Positions 18,033-27,424 of a stretch of DNA of 53,957 bases are shown one piece after another. The DNA lies in assembly GCA_019429045.1 (NCBI GenBank), contig JAHYJL010000002.1, positions 1 through 53,957 of the forward strand, given 5' to 3'. The notes under the pieces were generated by a model, which worked only from the letters and a program-made list of their open reading frames with translations, had not been told where the DNA came from and made no database searches. The stretch is from Bacteroidales bacterium. Its GTDB lineage: Bacteria; Bacteroidota; Bacteroidia; Bacteroidales; JAGOPY01. How positions within the stretch are numbered: the first letter of the stretch is position 1; each line of letters starts with the position of its first letter. Both the position numbers and the translations under genes were made by a program.

Positions 18033-19517
18033 TTAGTAGTAGGTGTACCATTGCACGCCGGCAATTAGCTTGGCCAGCCTGATCACCTGGATGGTGTAAC
18101 CGAATTCGTTGTCATACCATACATACAAAATGATGGATTTTCCATCGGCTGAAACCAGGGTGGCAGGCGCATCGAATATACCGGCACAACTGTCTCCAAT
18201 GAAGTCGGTAGAGACGGCTTCTGTGGAAGCGGAAAACCTGATCTGTTCGACGAGCCTTCCTTTCAGCGCCGCTTCCCGCAAAATCTCGATTACTTCTTCG
18301 ACTGAGATTGAACGCTTAATAGTAAGTGAAATTATCGCCAGGGAAACGTTGGGGATGGGCACCCTGACAGCATTGGCAGTCAGCTTCCCTTTAAGACTGG
18401 GGATTGCTTTTGCAGCAGCAGAAGCAGCGCCGGTCGATGTCAGCACCATATTGATAGGGGCCGAACGTCCCCGGCGGGGTTTGCGGTGGTAGTTATCGGT
18501 CAGGTTCTGGTCATTGGTGTATGCATGGATGGTTTCAATATGCCCCTTGTCTATACCCAACTTGTTTTCCAGTATGTGCAGCACCGGAACAATGGCGTTT
18601 GTTGTACAGGATGCAGCGGAATAGATCTTCTCCGAGCTGTAATCAATGGTGCTGTCATCATGATTGACGCCGTAAACGATATTCGGTACATCGCCTTTGG
18701 CCGGTGCCGTCAGGAGGACTTTACTGATGCCTTTCGCTTTTAAATGCCTGCCAAGGTCCTCCCGTTTTGTCCAGACGCCAGTGCTATCGATAAGCAACGC
18801 ATCTTGGATCCCTTCAGCCTCATAATCAATTTCTTCCGGGGAATTCGCGGCAATCATTTTCACTACATGTCCGTTGATGGTTAATGTTTTGTTCTCCACA
18901 TCTTCTGTCACAACGCCGCGGAAAGGCCCATGAATGGAGTCATTTTTAAATAGTGATGCGCGCTTGATGATCTCTTCCGCGGAATTGCCTCTTGTTACAA
19001 TCGCTTTGACATTCAGTTGGGTGCCATTGCCCTGGATGATCAGCTCGCGGGTCATCAACCTTCCGATCCGGCCAAAGCCGTAAATCACCACATCGACCGG
19101 TTTATCATAGTTTACCTTTTTACCTATAAGGTCTTTCAGCTTATCTTCCAGATATGCCCTTGCATCCGGATATTTATCCCTTTCCTGTGTCCATTCCCTG
19201 TTCAGCCGGCCAATATCTATCCTTGAAGGCGGAAGATCCATCATCATCAGCTCCCTGGATAGCATCACCGAATCCTGAATCCGTAATGCCTGTTTGATCA
19301 CGCTCAGTGAATGGGAGTGCTTTTTCAGGATCACACTGGACGAACGGTCGATGAGCTGGCTCTGGAATATGGTCAGCTCAATCGATTTATCATAATAGAG
19401 CTGTCCGACAAGATTCACAAACTCAAATCCTGATTTCTCATCATTTTTCCAGTTTTCCAGTGAATAGTCGTAATCCTGCTGGTTTTGATTCAATGAAGAA
19501 GGCTGTTGGTCAGGCAT
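18033..19517 (-). CDS. gap: glyceraldehyde-3-phosphate dehydrogenase, long form (about 494 aa)
   Basis: It has the catalytic AASCTTNAIVP and a Rossmann VVIYGFGRIGR preceded by an N-terminal extension of about 160 aa. I prefer ATG 19517 (MPDQQ...) to the track start 19598. The extra 27 codons (MVFLFFYFCYYCKCK) run into the rpoD terminator tail. Confidence 0.82.
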   Translation of the reverse strand: MPDQQPSSLNQNQQDYDYSLENWKNDEKSGFEFVNLVGQLYYDKSIELTIFQSQLIDRSSSVILKKHSHSLSVIKQALRIQDSVMLSRELMMMDLPPSRIDIGRLNREWTQERDKYPDARAYLEDKLKDLIGKKVNYDKPVDVVIYGFGRIGRLMTRELIIQGNGTQLNVKAIVTRGNSAEEIIKRASLFKNDSIHGPFRGVVTEDVENKTLTINGHVVKMIAANSPEEIDYEAEGIQDALLIDSTGVWTKREDLGRHLKAKGISKVLLTAPAKGDVPNIVYGVNHDDSTIDYSSEKIYSAASCTTNAIVPVLHILENKLGIDKGHIETIHAYTNDQNLTDNYHRKPRRGRSAPINMVLTSTGAASAAAKAIPSLKGKLTANAVRVPIPNVSLAIISLTIKRSISVEEVIEILREAALKGRLVEQIRFSASTEAVSTDFIGDSCAGIFDAPATLVSADGKSIILYVWYDNEFGYTIQVIRLAKLIAGVQWYTYY

Positions 19518-19577
19518 GGCAAATGTTTTTTGGATATTTGTTTGATTCAATAATTTACACTTGCAATAATAACAAAA

Positions 19578-19624
19578 ATAGAAAAACAAAAAGACCACCT
19601 TGCAAAAATGACAGGTGGTCTTTT
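19578..19624 (-). terminator. intrinsic terminator downstream of rpoD
   Basis: The - strand reads AAAAGACCACCT-GTCATTTTTGCA-AGGTGGTCTTTT followed by TGTTTTTC. This is a 12-bp stem (arms 19613-19624 and 19589-19600) plus a U-rich tail, 20 nt after the rpoD stop. Confidence 0.8.
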
Positions 19625-19644
19625 CTAAAAACCTATGAAGTATT

Positions 19645-20511
19645 TCATTCTCCCAGGTAAGCTTTAAGCAGCTTGCTCCGGGAGGTATGTTTCAGCCTGC
19701 GGATGGCCTTTTCTTTTATCTGCCTGACCCTTTCGCGGGTGAGATTGAATTTGGCGCCTATCTCATCCAGGGTTAAGCCGTGGTTCATGCCAATGCCATA
19801 GTAAAGGTTGATCACGTCGCGCTCTTTCTCGGTTAGGGTTGACAGGGAACGCTGAATTTCCTTGTTGAGCGATTCGCGCATCAGGTTGCTGTCGGTACGC
19901 GGTGTATCTTCCGAAACAAAAACATCGAGAAACCTGGTATCCTCATCTTCGGCAATGGGGGCATCCATGGAGACATACCGTGTGGTGATCTTCATGGCCT
20001 TATCGAGCTTATGTTCGGGGATATCAAGCTTTTTTGCCAGTTCATCGACCGACGGCGGACGCTCGAATTCCTGCTCCAGGCGCGAGGTGGCTTTTTTGAT
20101 CTTATTGAGTGAGCCCACCTGGTTGAGCGGCAGCCTGACAAGCCTTGACTGCTCGGCCAGGGCCTGCAGGATTGACTGCCGGATCCACCAGACAGCGTAA
20201 GAGATAAATTTAAAGCCTCGGGTTTCATCAAACCGCTGGGCCGCTTTAATCAGCCCCATGTTTCCTTCATTGATCAGGTCAGGTAAGCTGAGGCCCTGGT
20301 TTTGATATTGTTTGGCAACCGAAACCACAAACCTGAGGTTTGCCTTGACCAGTTTTTCCAGCGCCATATCATCACCCGATTTGATCCGTCTGGCCAGTTC
20401 AACCTCTTCCTCAGCCGTTATAAGCTCCTCCCTACCAATATCCTGCAAGTACTTATCCAGGGAAGCGGTTTCACGATTTGTTATCGATTTTGAAATCTTT
20501 AATTGCCTCAT
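19645..20511 (-). CDS. rpoD: RNA polymerase primary sigma factor (sigma-70 family, short Bacteroidota type)
   Basis: 288 aa. Regions 2-4 are present ([13 protein letters not shown]; [28 protein letters not shown]) and there is no region 1.1. Confidence 0.95.
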   Translation of the reverse strand: MRQLKISKSITNRETASLDKYLQDIGREELITAEEEVELARRIKSGDDMALEKLVKANLRFVVSVAKQYQNQGLSLPDLINEGNMGLIKAAQRFDETRGFKFISYAVWWIRQSILQALAEQSRLVRLPLNQVGSLNKIKKATSRLEQEFERPPSVDELAKKLDIPEHKLDKAMKITTRYVSMDAPIAEDEDTRFLDVFVSEDTPRTDSNLMRESLNKEIQRSLSTLTEKERDVINLYYGIGMNHGLTLDEIGAKFNLTRERVRQIKEKAIRRLKHTSRSKLLKAYLGE

Positions 20512-20593
20512 GGTAATATATTGTATTGTAACAGATAATCTTTAAAAGCCCTAAATATACGGAGAATATCTGCCTTTTGCAAGAGCAAACGGG

Positions 20594-20601
20594 CAAAGAT
20601 A
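20594..20601 (-). promoter_or_regulatory. candidate -7 box (TATCTTTG)
   Basis: Matches TAnnTTTG on the - strand, 82 nt upstream of the rpoD ATG 20511. Confidence 0.45.
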
Positions 20602-20642
20602 CGAAAAATTATGACTTATTTAGAATTTTTTTAAATAATTAG

Positions 20643-22121
20643 TTATAAAATGAACCCATAATTCATTCGCATTCCATTCGGATATATTCCTTCTATCCGG
20701 ATGATCCCGCTCCGTACATTTTTGAGTGCCTGGTTGACATCTTCTTTTGATCTTACCTTTACGCCATTGATTTCCTGGATGATAAATCCATTCTGCACTC
20801 CGCCTTTTTTCAGCATCCCGTCCTGAATATCGGTCACTTTAAGCCCATGGGTTAACCTGAGCTTGTTCATCTCCGATTGCGGAACAGCTTCCAGGGTTGC
20901 ACCCAGGTCTGACATGAAAAAATCGTCGGATTTTTTTGCCAGCCCTGTGTTACCATCCTGGTTTCTTAATTCAACATCCATTTGCTGGACCTTTCCATTG
21001 CGGTTTACAGTCACAGTGACAATATCACCCGGGTTTTGCTGCCCGATGATCTCCAGCAGTTCAGAGGTGGTTGTCACCGGTATATTGTTTATCCCGGTGA
21101 TCACATCCCCGGATTTGACCCCGGCCTGTTTTGCTCCGCCGTTACTGGTTAACGTCTCAATAAAAACGCCATTGAATACACTAAGATCTTTTTCCCTGGC
21201 CAGCGCAGAATTCACCTGCCGGATTGTCACACCAAGATATGCTCTTTGCACCATACCGTAATTTAACAGGTCGTCAGCCACTTTTCTGACAATATTAACT
21301 GGTATGGCAAATGAATAGCCGGTATAAGAACCTGTATTACTGGCGATGGCGGCATTGATTCCCACCAGTTCACCTTTCATATTGACCAGTGCTCCCCCGC
21401 TGTTACCCCTGTTCACGGCAGCATCCGTCTGTATAAAGGACTCGATGGATCCCTGAGATCCAAGGATGTTAATGTTCCGTGCTTTTGCGCTCACAATTCC
21501 GGCTGTGACCGTAGAAGTGAGGTTGAATGGATTTCCGACAGCCAGCACCCACTCCCCAATCTTCACTTCATCAGAATTACCAAATGTGAGATAAGGAAGA
21601 TTTTCTGCTTCAATTTTTACCAGGGCCAAATCAGTCGACGGGTCAGTGCCGATCAGCACCGCCTTGAACTCGCGACGGTCGTTCAGGATAACATCAATGT
21701 TATTGGCGCTCTCCACCACATGGTTGTTGGTTACAATATAACCGTCGTTAGAGATAATCACTCCTGAGCCAAACCCGGTATATACCTGGCTTCCGCTACC
21801 TCCGTAAGGATGTCCGAATAATTCTCTGAACGGACCGAAAAAGTCATCATACATGATCGTTTTCCGTGTGAACTCAGACCTGATATGAACAACCCCATGC
21901 ACCGTTTTTTCAGCAGCAGTGGTAAAGTCGGGCCCATTGAAGGGCATGACGGGTAAATATGTTGCAGGGATTATGCCCGGTCGAGTTGTATCTTGAAATG
22001 TGCTTCTGGCTTCGGATTCATCATCCTTTTCAGTGAAAAACACCATTTTCACACCCCAGGCAATAACCAACGTCAATGCAAGTACCGTCAGAAATTGAAT
22101 TGCTCTTTTCATACCTGTCAT
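20643..22121 (-). CDS. htrA: Do/HtrA family serine endopeptidase with PDZ domains
   Basis: 492 aa. The catalytic triad context is TNNHV, DLALVK and GNSGGALV, followed by two PDZ-like segments. An alternative ATG lies at 22112. Confidence 0.9.
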   Translation of the reverse strand: MTGMKRAIQFLTVLALTLVIAWGVKMVFFTEKDDESEARSTFQDTTRPGIIPATYLPVMPFNGPDFTTAAEKTVHGVVHIRSEFTRKTIMYDDFFGPFRELFGHPYGGSGSQVYTGFGSGVIISNDGYIVTNNHVVESANNIDVILNDRREFKAVLIGTDPSTDLALVKIEAENLPYLTFGNSDEVKIGEWVLAVGNPFNLTSTVTAGIVSAKARNINILGSQGSIESFIQTDAAVNRGNSGGALVNMKGELVGINAAIASNTGSYTGYSFAIPVNIVRKVADDLLNYGMVQRAYLGVTIRQVNSALAREKDLSVFNGVFIETLTSNGGAKQAGVKSGDVITGINNIPVTTTSELLEIIGQQNPGDIVTVTVNRNGKVQQMDVELRNQDGNTGLAKKSDDFFMSDLGATLEAVPQSEMNKLRLTHGLKVTDIQDGMLKKGGVQNGFIIQEINGVKVRSKEDVNQALKNVRSGIIRIEGIYPNGMRMNYGFIL

Positions 22122-22245
22122 AACATATAAGATTGAAAATTGTTTACTGATGTAATGCGGTAGAACGGGATATAAACCTCAAATAGTGTGCCTTTCCGAT
22201 GTTAAATAATGTTAAATGAAAGGGACTCCATCCCTGTTTTTATAG

Positions 22246-22253
22246 TATTTTTG
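22246..22253 (+). promoter_or_regulatory. candidate -7 box (TATTTTTG)
   Basis: Matches TAnnTTTG, 19 nt upstream of the dapF GTG 22273. Confidence 0.45.
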
Positions 22254-22272
22254 GAAGCTTAAAAATTTTCGG

Positions 22273-23058
22273 GTGACACTCAGGTTTTACAAATACCATG
22301 GCACAGGCAATGACTTCATCATGTTGGATACCAGGATGAATGGGATTGCATTACCTGACGGCAAGACCATCGGGAAACTATGCCACCGCCGCAACGGGAT
22401 CGGAGCCGACGGGCTCATTGTCCTAACGAACGTCAAAGGATATGATTTTGGCATGACCTATTTTAATAATGACGGCAGGGAAAGTACCATGTGCGGCAAC
22501 GGCGGAAGGTGCGCTGTGGCGCTGGCTGACCTTTTGTCACCCAGGGATACCCCCTTTAATTTTCTTGCGATTGACGGCGAGCATACCGGGATTGTCACAC
22601 GCAGGGAAGGTAATGTGTGCGAGGTTCGGCTGAAGATGATAGATGTAAAGGATTATCAGCACTTCGACGATGATTTTATGGCCGATACCGGGTCCCCGCA
22701 ACTGGTAAGATTTACCGGGAAAGAAACCGATATAGTCAAAGAAGGCCGGGCAATCCGTAACCAGGATCGGTTTCAGCCGGGAGGCATAAATGTTAATTTT
22801 GTCAGCGAAGAAATGGGCAAAATCTTTGTCAGAACCTATGAAAGAGGTGTGGAAGATGAAACGCTCTCCTGCGGAACAGGCGTTACAGCTTCGGCCCTTG
22901 CCTATGCATTGAGGAAAAAATTGACAGAAGGATTTGTCCCTGTGTCAACCAAAGGCGGGCAACTCAGGGTTTACTTCCGGCTTGAAGGAAACGTTTTCAG
23001 GGATATTTGGCTCGAAGGTCCTGCAGTTAAAGTTTTTGAAGGCATTGTGAAAATCTGA
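22273..23058 (+). CDS. dapF: diaminopimelate epimerase
   Basis: 261 aa with a GTG start. It has HGTGNDF and the two catalytic Cys motifs MCGNGGRC and SCGTG. Confidence 0.92.
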   Translation: MTLRFYKYHGTGNDFIMLDTRMNGIALPDGKTIGKLCHRRNGIGADGLIVLTNVKGYDFGMTYFNNDGRESTMCGNGGRCAVALADLLSPRDTPFNFLAIDGEHTGIVTRREGNVCEVRLKMIDVKDYQHFDDDFMADTGSPQLVRFTGKETDIVKEGRAIRNQDRFQPGGINVNFVSEEMGKIFVRTYERGVEDETLSCGTGVTASALAYALRKKLTEGFVPVSTKGGQLRVYFRLEGNVFRDIWLEGPAVKVFEGIVKI

Positions 23059-23097
23059 TCCACATTGGAAGAATCAGGATGAAGAATTTCAGTTGAT

Positions 23098-23634
23098 ATG
23101 AACGGAGCAAAAGTAAAATTACGGGCACTGGAGCCCGAAGACGTAGAAATCCTTTATCGCTGGGAGAATGACAGGTCGATATGGCACCTATCAACAACCA
23201 TCGTCCCGCTATCGCGTTTTGCACTGGAGCAATATGTCATAGGCTCAGGGCAGGATCTCTACACTTCCCGTCAGCTCAGGCTGATCATCGACTTGCTGAA
23301 ACCCATTAACGGCCTGCAAACCATCGGCTCCATCGACCTGTTCGAATTCGAGCCTACGCACCAGCGCGCCGGGGTTGGCATCCTGATCCTCAAAGAGTTC
23401 AGGGGAAAGGGATACGCTTCTGAAGCCCTGGAGCTGCTTATCAGTTATGCCTTTGAAACCCTTCAGCTCCACCAGCTTTTTTGCAACATTTCGCCTGAAA
23501 ATTCCGAAAGCAGCAGGCTATTCGAAAGTAAGGGCTTTCAGTATGTAGGGACAAAAAAGGAATGGAACCGCGTCAGGAACAATTGGCAGGATGAAAGTAT
23601 GTTCCAGCTGATCAACCATTCACACAAATCCTGA
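23098..23634 (+). CDS. GNAT family N-acetyltransferase (RimJ/RimL-like)
   Basis: 178 aa with an acetyl-CoA pocket motif QRAGVGILILKEFRGKGYASEA. Its stop abuts the next ATG at 23635. Confidence 0.85.
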   Translation: MNGAKVKLRALEPEDVEILYRWENDRSIWHLSTTIVPLSRFALEQYVIGSGQDLYTSRQLRLIIDLLKPINGLQTIGSIDLFEFEPTHQRAGVGILILKEFRGKGYASEALELLISYAFETLQLHQLFCNISPENSESSRLFESKGFQYVGTKKEWNRVRNNWQDESMFQLINHSHKS

Positions 23635-24714
23635 ATGATGGCGATTTCCGAAAAGCATCTCCGGGGGAAATCAGGTAAACCATTGTATCATAAGCTGATA
23701 CTTGGCATTTTAGTCTTAGCCATCTTCGGCGCCATCATCGTGGCCTTCCTGCTTTTCCAGGCAATGATGAAACCCAATGTATGGGCACCCGACGGACAAA
23801 GCGCATCGGTATTTATCCCGAAAGGATCGGGTTATGATGATGTCAGGCAAATATTGTATTCCCAGGGGCTGATCATTAACCGCAGGACCTTTGAATGGGT
23901 CGCTGAAAAAAAAGGATACCCGGATATGGTTAAGCCGGGGCATTATGTGATTGCGAACGGCCAGAACAATAACGAACTGGTGAACATGCTTCGTTCCGGT
24001 GCGCAAACCCCTGTCAGTGTAATCTTCAATAATATCAGAACGCTGGAGGAACTGGCCGGCAGGATTTCAATACAGATCGACGAAGACTCAATCTCACTTA
24101 TTGAATGCTGGCGCGACAGGGTATTCCTAAGTACACTCGAAACAACGCCAGAGATGGTTTCGGTTATCTTCATTCCCAACACCTATGAGTTTTGGTGGAC
24201 AACCGACGCTTATGGTTTCACCCAAAGAATGCACAGTGAGTTCAATAAATTCTGGAATGATCACCGGAGGCAAAAGGCTTCTGATGCTGGTCTGACGATT
24301 CCGGAAATCGTCGTCCTGGCATCCATTGTCGAAAAGGAATCTCAAAAAACAGATGAAAGGCCCGACATTGCAGGGGTTTACCTGAACAGGCTGCGCAAAG
24401 GCTGGCCCCTGCAGGCCGATCCGACACTGGTGTACGCCTGGGGTGACTTTGAGATCACCCGCGTGTTGAACAAGCACAAAGTGATAGATTCTCCTTATAA
24501 TACTTACAAACACAAAGGTTTGCCGCCAGGTCCGATCTGTATCCCCTCCATCTCTTCCATCGATGCGGCGCTGGATGCCCGCAAACATGATTACATGTTT
24601 TTCTGTGCCAGGGACGATATGTCGGGTTACCATGTCTTCGCCCGCACCCTGGCAGAACATAACCGGCATGCCAGAGCTTACCAGCGTTCACTGAACACCA
24701 GGAAGATCAAATAG
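23635..24714 (+). CDS. mltG: endolytic murein transglycosylase MltG (YceG-like)
   Basis: 359 aa with an N-terminal TM helix and the YceG core, including LASIVEKES (catalytic Glu) and YNTYKHKGLPPGPI. Confidence 0.9.
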   Translation: MMAISEKHLRGKSGKPLYHKLILGILVLAIFGAIIVAFLLFQAMMKPNVWAPDGQSASVFIPKGSGYDDVRQILYSQGLIINRRTFEWVAEKKGYPDMVKPGHYVIANGQNNNELVNMLRSGAQTPVSVIFNNIRTLEELAGRISIQIDEDSISLIECWRDRVFLSTLETTPEMVSVIFIPNTYEFWWTTDAYGFTQRMHSEFNKFWNDHRRQKASDAGLTIPEIVVLASIVEKESQKTDERPDIAGVYLNRLRKGWPLQADPTLVYAWGDFEITRVLNKHKVIDSPYNTYKHKGLPPGPICIPSISSIDAALDARKHDYMFFCARDDMSGYHVFARTLAEHNRHARAYQRSLNTRKIK

Positions 24715-24720
24715 AAGGGA

Positions 24721-25668
24721 ATGCCTAACGGATTAAAAAATATTACCGGTGTATTATTGTTCATCCTTTGGCCTGCTCTGTCCTGGTCAATTCCTCCTGA
24801 TTCAATTCAAAATACGGATACCAATCACACCGCATATTCACCAAATTATAGAGCAAGACTTATCGGGGTATCCGTAACTGCCGGGGCATTGTATGCCGGC
24901 AGCATGGCAGGTCTCTACCACTTATGGTATGCCGGTTATCCCCAGTCGTCTTTTCATTTCTTCAACGATTGTAACGAATGGATGCTGATGGATAAAGCAG
25001 GCCATGTCACCTCGTCTTACTGGGTTGGCCGAATCGGTTACGAAAGCCTTCGCTGGAGCGGAGTAGAAAACAAAAAGGCGATCTGGTATGGCGGAACCTG
25101 GGGGCTGATTTACCTTACCACCGTTGAGATTTTTGACGGGTTCTCGGCAGAATGGGGCTTTTCCGGATGCGATATGGCCGCTAACGTGCTTGGCACAGGC
25201 CTTTTCATCGGGCAGCAATTGCTCTGGGACCGCCAGCCGCTCACCATCAAATTCTCAACACACTCCACAGAATATGCCGGCTACAGGCCGGATCTGCTGG
25301 GAGAGAATTTCATCCAGCAATTATTGAAGGATTACAACGGGCAAACCTACTGGCTTTCACTGAACCTTGCATCGCTTATGCCAAAAAACAGCCGTTTCCC
25401 GAAATGGCTGAATTTTTCTTTCGGATACGGCGCCGATGGGATGTTGGGGGCCACATCCAATCCTACCGAATATCTGGGAGAGCCATTGCCCTATTTTGAA
25501 AGATATTCACAATATTACCTCTCCCTTGATATCGACCCGACTAAAATAAAAACCAATAACGAAACCGTAAGATTTTTATTGAACATGATCGGGTTCATCA
25601 AATTACCGTTTCCTGCGCTGGAATTTAACAGGGTGGATAAGTTGAGATGGCATTGGATGTATTTTTGA
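24721..25668 (+). CDS. DUF2279-like hypothetical envelope protein
   Basis: 315 aa with a signal-like N-terminus. The motif MDKAGHVTSSYWVG resembles the DKxxH core I associate with DUF2279. The family assignment is from memory only. Confidence 0.55.
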   Translation: MPNGLKNITGVLLFILWPALSWSIPPDSIQNTDTNHTAYSPNYRARLIGVSVTAGALYAGSMAGLYHLWYAGYPQSSFHFFNDCNEWMLMDKAGHVTSSYWVGRIGYESLRWSGVENKKAIWYGGTWGLIYLTTVEIFDGFSAEWGFSGCDMAANVLGTGLFIGQQLLWDRQPLTIKFSTHSTEYAGYRPDLLGENFIQQLLKDYNGQTYWLSLNLASLMPKNSRFPKWLNFSFGYGADGMLGATSNPTEYLGEPLPYFERYSQYYLSLDIDPTKIKTNNETVRFLLNMIGFIKLPFPALEFNRVDKLRWHWMYF

Positions 25669-25695
25669 GTAGATAGAAAATAGAATATACAGGAT

Positions 25696-26415
25696 TTATT
25701 TTTGCTCCGTATTATCCAACCGGGAGACCAGCTTTCCTTCAACATATTCTTCCCTCACTTCGAGCTCTCCCAGGTCACTCAAATAAACCCAGGGACCATG
25801 CTTCTTCCCGTGAAGATAAGTACCCGAAATCTCAACGCCTCCTTTCAGGTGATACACCACATATAATCCTTCCAGCAGGTCATCCACACAATTGGCCTTC
25901 TTTTTTAACTTCCCATCGGTAAAATATTGTACCCACGGACCATTCTTAAGATTATTGCCATAGGTAATCTCTTCCGCCACGAGACCATCGGGGTAATAGG
26001 TCTTCCAGACTTCTTCCCTTGAATGATTTATGTAATGTTCCTCGGCCGAAAGGGTGCCATCTTCTTCATTATAGTATAGCCAGGTGCTGTCCTTCTGCTG
26101 GTTGACATACTTACCCTGTGCCATCAGCCTGCCGTTGGGGTGGAAATTTTTCATATAGGTAACCCGGCCGCTATCAAGCTGGTTGACAATGGCCTTTGTC
26201 TTGCCGTTGGAATAATAGTAGGTAAATTCCCCGGTGGGTTTGCCATTCACATATTCCCCTGTAAATTTCAGGTTGCCGTCACCGTCATATACCCGCCAGA
26301 ATCCCTGCCTTCTTCCCTGTAAATCAACTTTATTAATATGACTTTCGGTAATTTCCTGGCAAAAGGCCATTCCTGCCAGCAGGCAAATAAATCCGGTTAA
26401 AATCAGGTTCTTCAT
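25696..26415 (-). CDS. MORN-variant repeat protein (YwqK-like), secreted
   Basis: 239 aa with a signal peptide. It has repeated G-x-W/Y-x-Y-Y-x-NG-x-L/K units (GEFTYYYSNGKTK, GPWVQYFTDGKLK, HGPWVYLSDLGEL). Confidence 0.7.
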   Translation of the reverse strand: MKNLILTGFICLLAGMAFCQEITESHINKVDLQGRRQGFWRVYDGDGNLKFTGEYVNGKPTGEFTYYYSNGKTKAIVNQLDSGRVTYMKNFHPNGRLMAQGKYVNQQKDSTWLYYNEEDGTLSAEEHYINHSREEVWKTYYPDGLVAEEITYGNNLKNGPWVQYFTDGKLKKKANCVDDLLEGLYVVYHLKGGVEISGTYLHGKKHGPWVYLSDLGELEVREEYVEGKLVSRLDNTEQK

Positions 26416-26431
26416 GAATAAAACAATTGGT

Positions 26432-26439
26432 TACTTTTG
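26432..26439 (+). promoter_or_regulatory. candidate -7 box (TACTTTTG)
   Basis: Matches TAnnTTTG, 42 nt upstream of the recR ATG 26482. Confidence 0.4.
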
Positions 26440-26481
26440 CTGAAAACGTAAAAATACTTCTTTTAGCATAATCCACAGCGG

Positions 26482-27102
26482 ATGGTATATTCGTCAAAGT
26501 TACTCGAAAACGCGGTCAATGAGCTGGCCAGGCTGCCCGGTATCGGCAGAAAGACTGCTTTACGCCTGGCTTTGCATTTAATCAGGCAGGAGGAGGCCAA
26601 TGTAGAATCCTTCAGCCAGGCAATTTTAAAGATGAAGCAGGAGATTAAGCGTTGCCATGTTTGCCATAATATTTCCGACACGGAACGCTGCGAGATCTGC
26701 GCCAATCCCAAGCGCGACCACGCTACCGTATGCGTAGTGCAGGATATCCGGGACGTCATGGCTATTGAAAATACCGGCCAGTTTCATGGCGCCTATCACG
26801 TTCTGGGAGGAATTATTTCACCTGTCGACGGTATCGGGCCGGAAGATCTCACCATTGCATCCCTCATCTCCAGGGCAGAAACAGGCGATCTGAAAGAGAT
26901 CATCCTGGCTTTACCTACGACCATTGAAGGCGATACGACCAATTTCTACCTGTCACAAAAACTGAAAGATACTGGGATATTGCTTACTACCATTAGCCGG
27001 GGGATACCGATCGGCGATGACATCGAATACGCCGATGAGATCACCCTGGGGCGCTCGATCCTCAACAGAATCCCGTTTGACACAGGGAACCTGCAAAACT
27101 GA
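26482..27102 (+). CDS. recR: recombination protein RecR
   Basis: 206 aa. It has the HhH motif [16 protein letters not shown], the zinc finger [16 protein letters not shown] and a Toprim domain. Confidence 0.95.
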   Translation: MVYSSKLLENAVNELARLPGIGRKTALRLALHLIRQEEANVESFSQAILKMKQEIKRCHVCHNISDTERCEICANPKRDHATVCVVQDIRDVMAIENTGQFHGAYHVLGGIISPVDGIGPEDLTIASLISRAETGDLKEIILALPTTIEGDTTNFYLSQKLKDTGILLTTISRGIPIGDDIEYADEITLGRSILNRIPFDTGNLQN

Positions 27103-27121
27103 CAAACCTTGCCGCTACGAC

Positions 27122-27358
27122 TCAGGAATGGCCCGACTCAAACAGTTCGAGCTGGTTGGCCGTCACATAGAAATCTTCCGGAACACCGTTCACATATTGG
27201 AGCCTGGGTTTGAGCAACTTCTTGATCAACTTGTTGGGCGTGGTTTTCCGGGCGTGGCAATAGTTCAGCAATGAATCATGCTGACCTGTGGTCAGTTTTA
27301 GCTTGATGATGCGGTAGCGGACTTTTTTCCTCTTTTTTCTCCTGGTTTTTACAGGCAT
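27122..27358 (-). CDS. small basic hypothetical protein, possible ribbon-helix-helix fold
   Basis: The track ORF is 27122..27394, and I prefer the internal ATG at 27358. The product is MPVKTRRKKRKKVRYRIIKLKLTTGQHDSLLNYCHARKTTPNKLIKKLL... It has a Lys/Arg-rich N-terminus followed by a beta-alpha-alpha-like pattern. I recognise no family. Confidence 0.45.
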   Translation of the reverse strand: MPVKTRRKKRKKVRYRIIKLKLTTGQHDSLLNYCHARKTTPNKLIKKLLKPRLQYVNGVPEDFYVTANQLELFESGHS

Positions 27359-27424
27359 ATTGCAAGATTTGGTTCGAAAATATGGATAAATCAATGCCTT
27401 ACAATTCTGTGGCCATAAAATTTA

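Noticed and set aside
25696-26415. YwqK-like MORN-repeat protein as the antitoxin half of a toxin-antitoxin or defence pair.
   Set aside because: It has a signal peptide, so it is exported. No toxin-like neighbour exists: the flanking genes are DUF2279-like and recR, in convergent and divergent arrangement. The family name is an annotation legacy rather than evidence.
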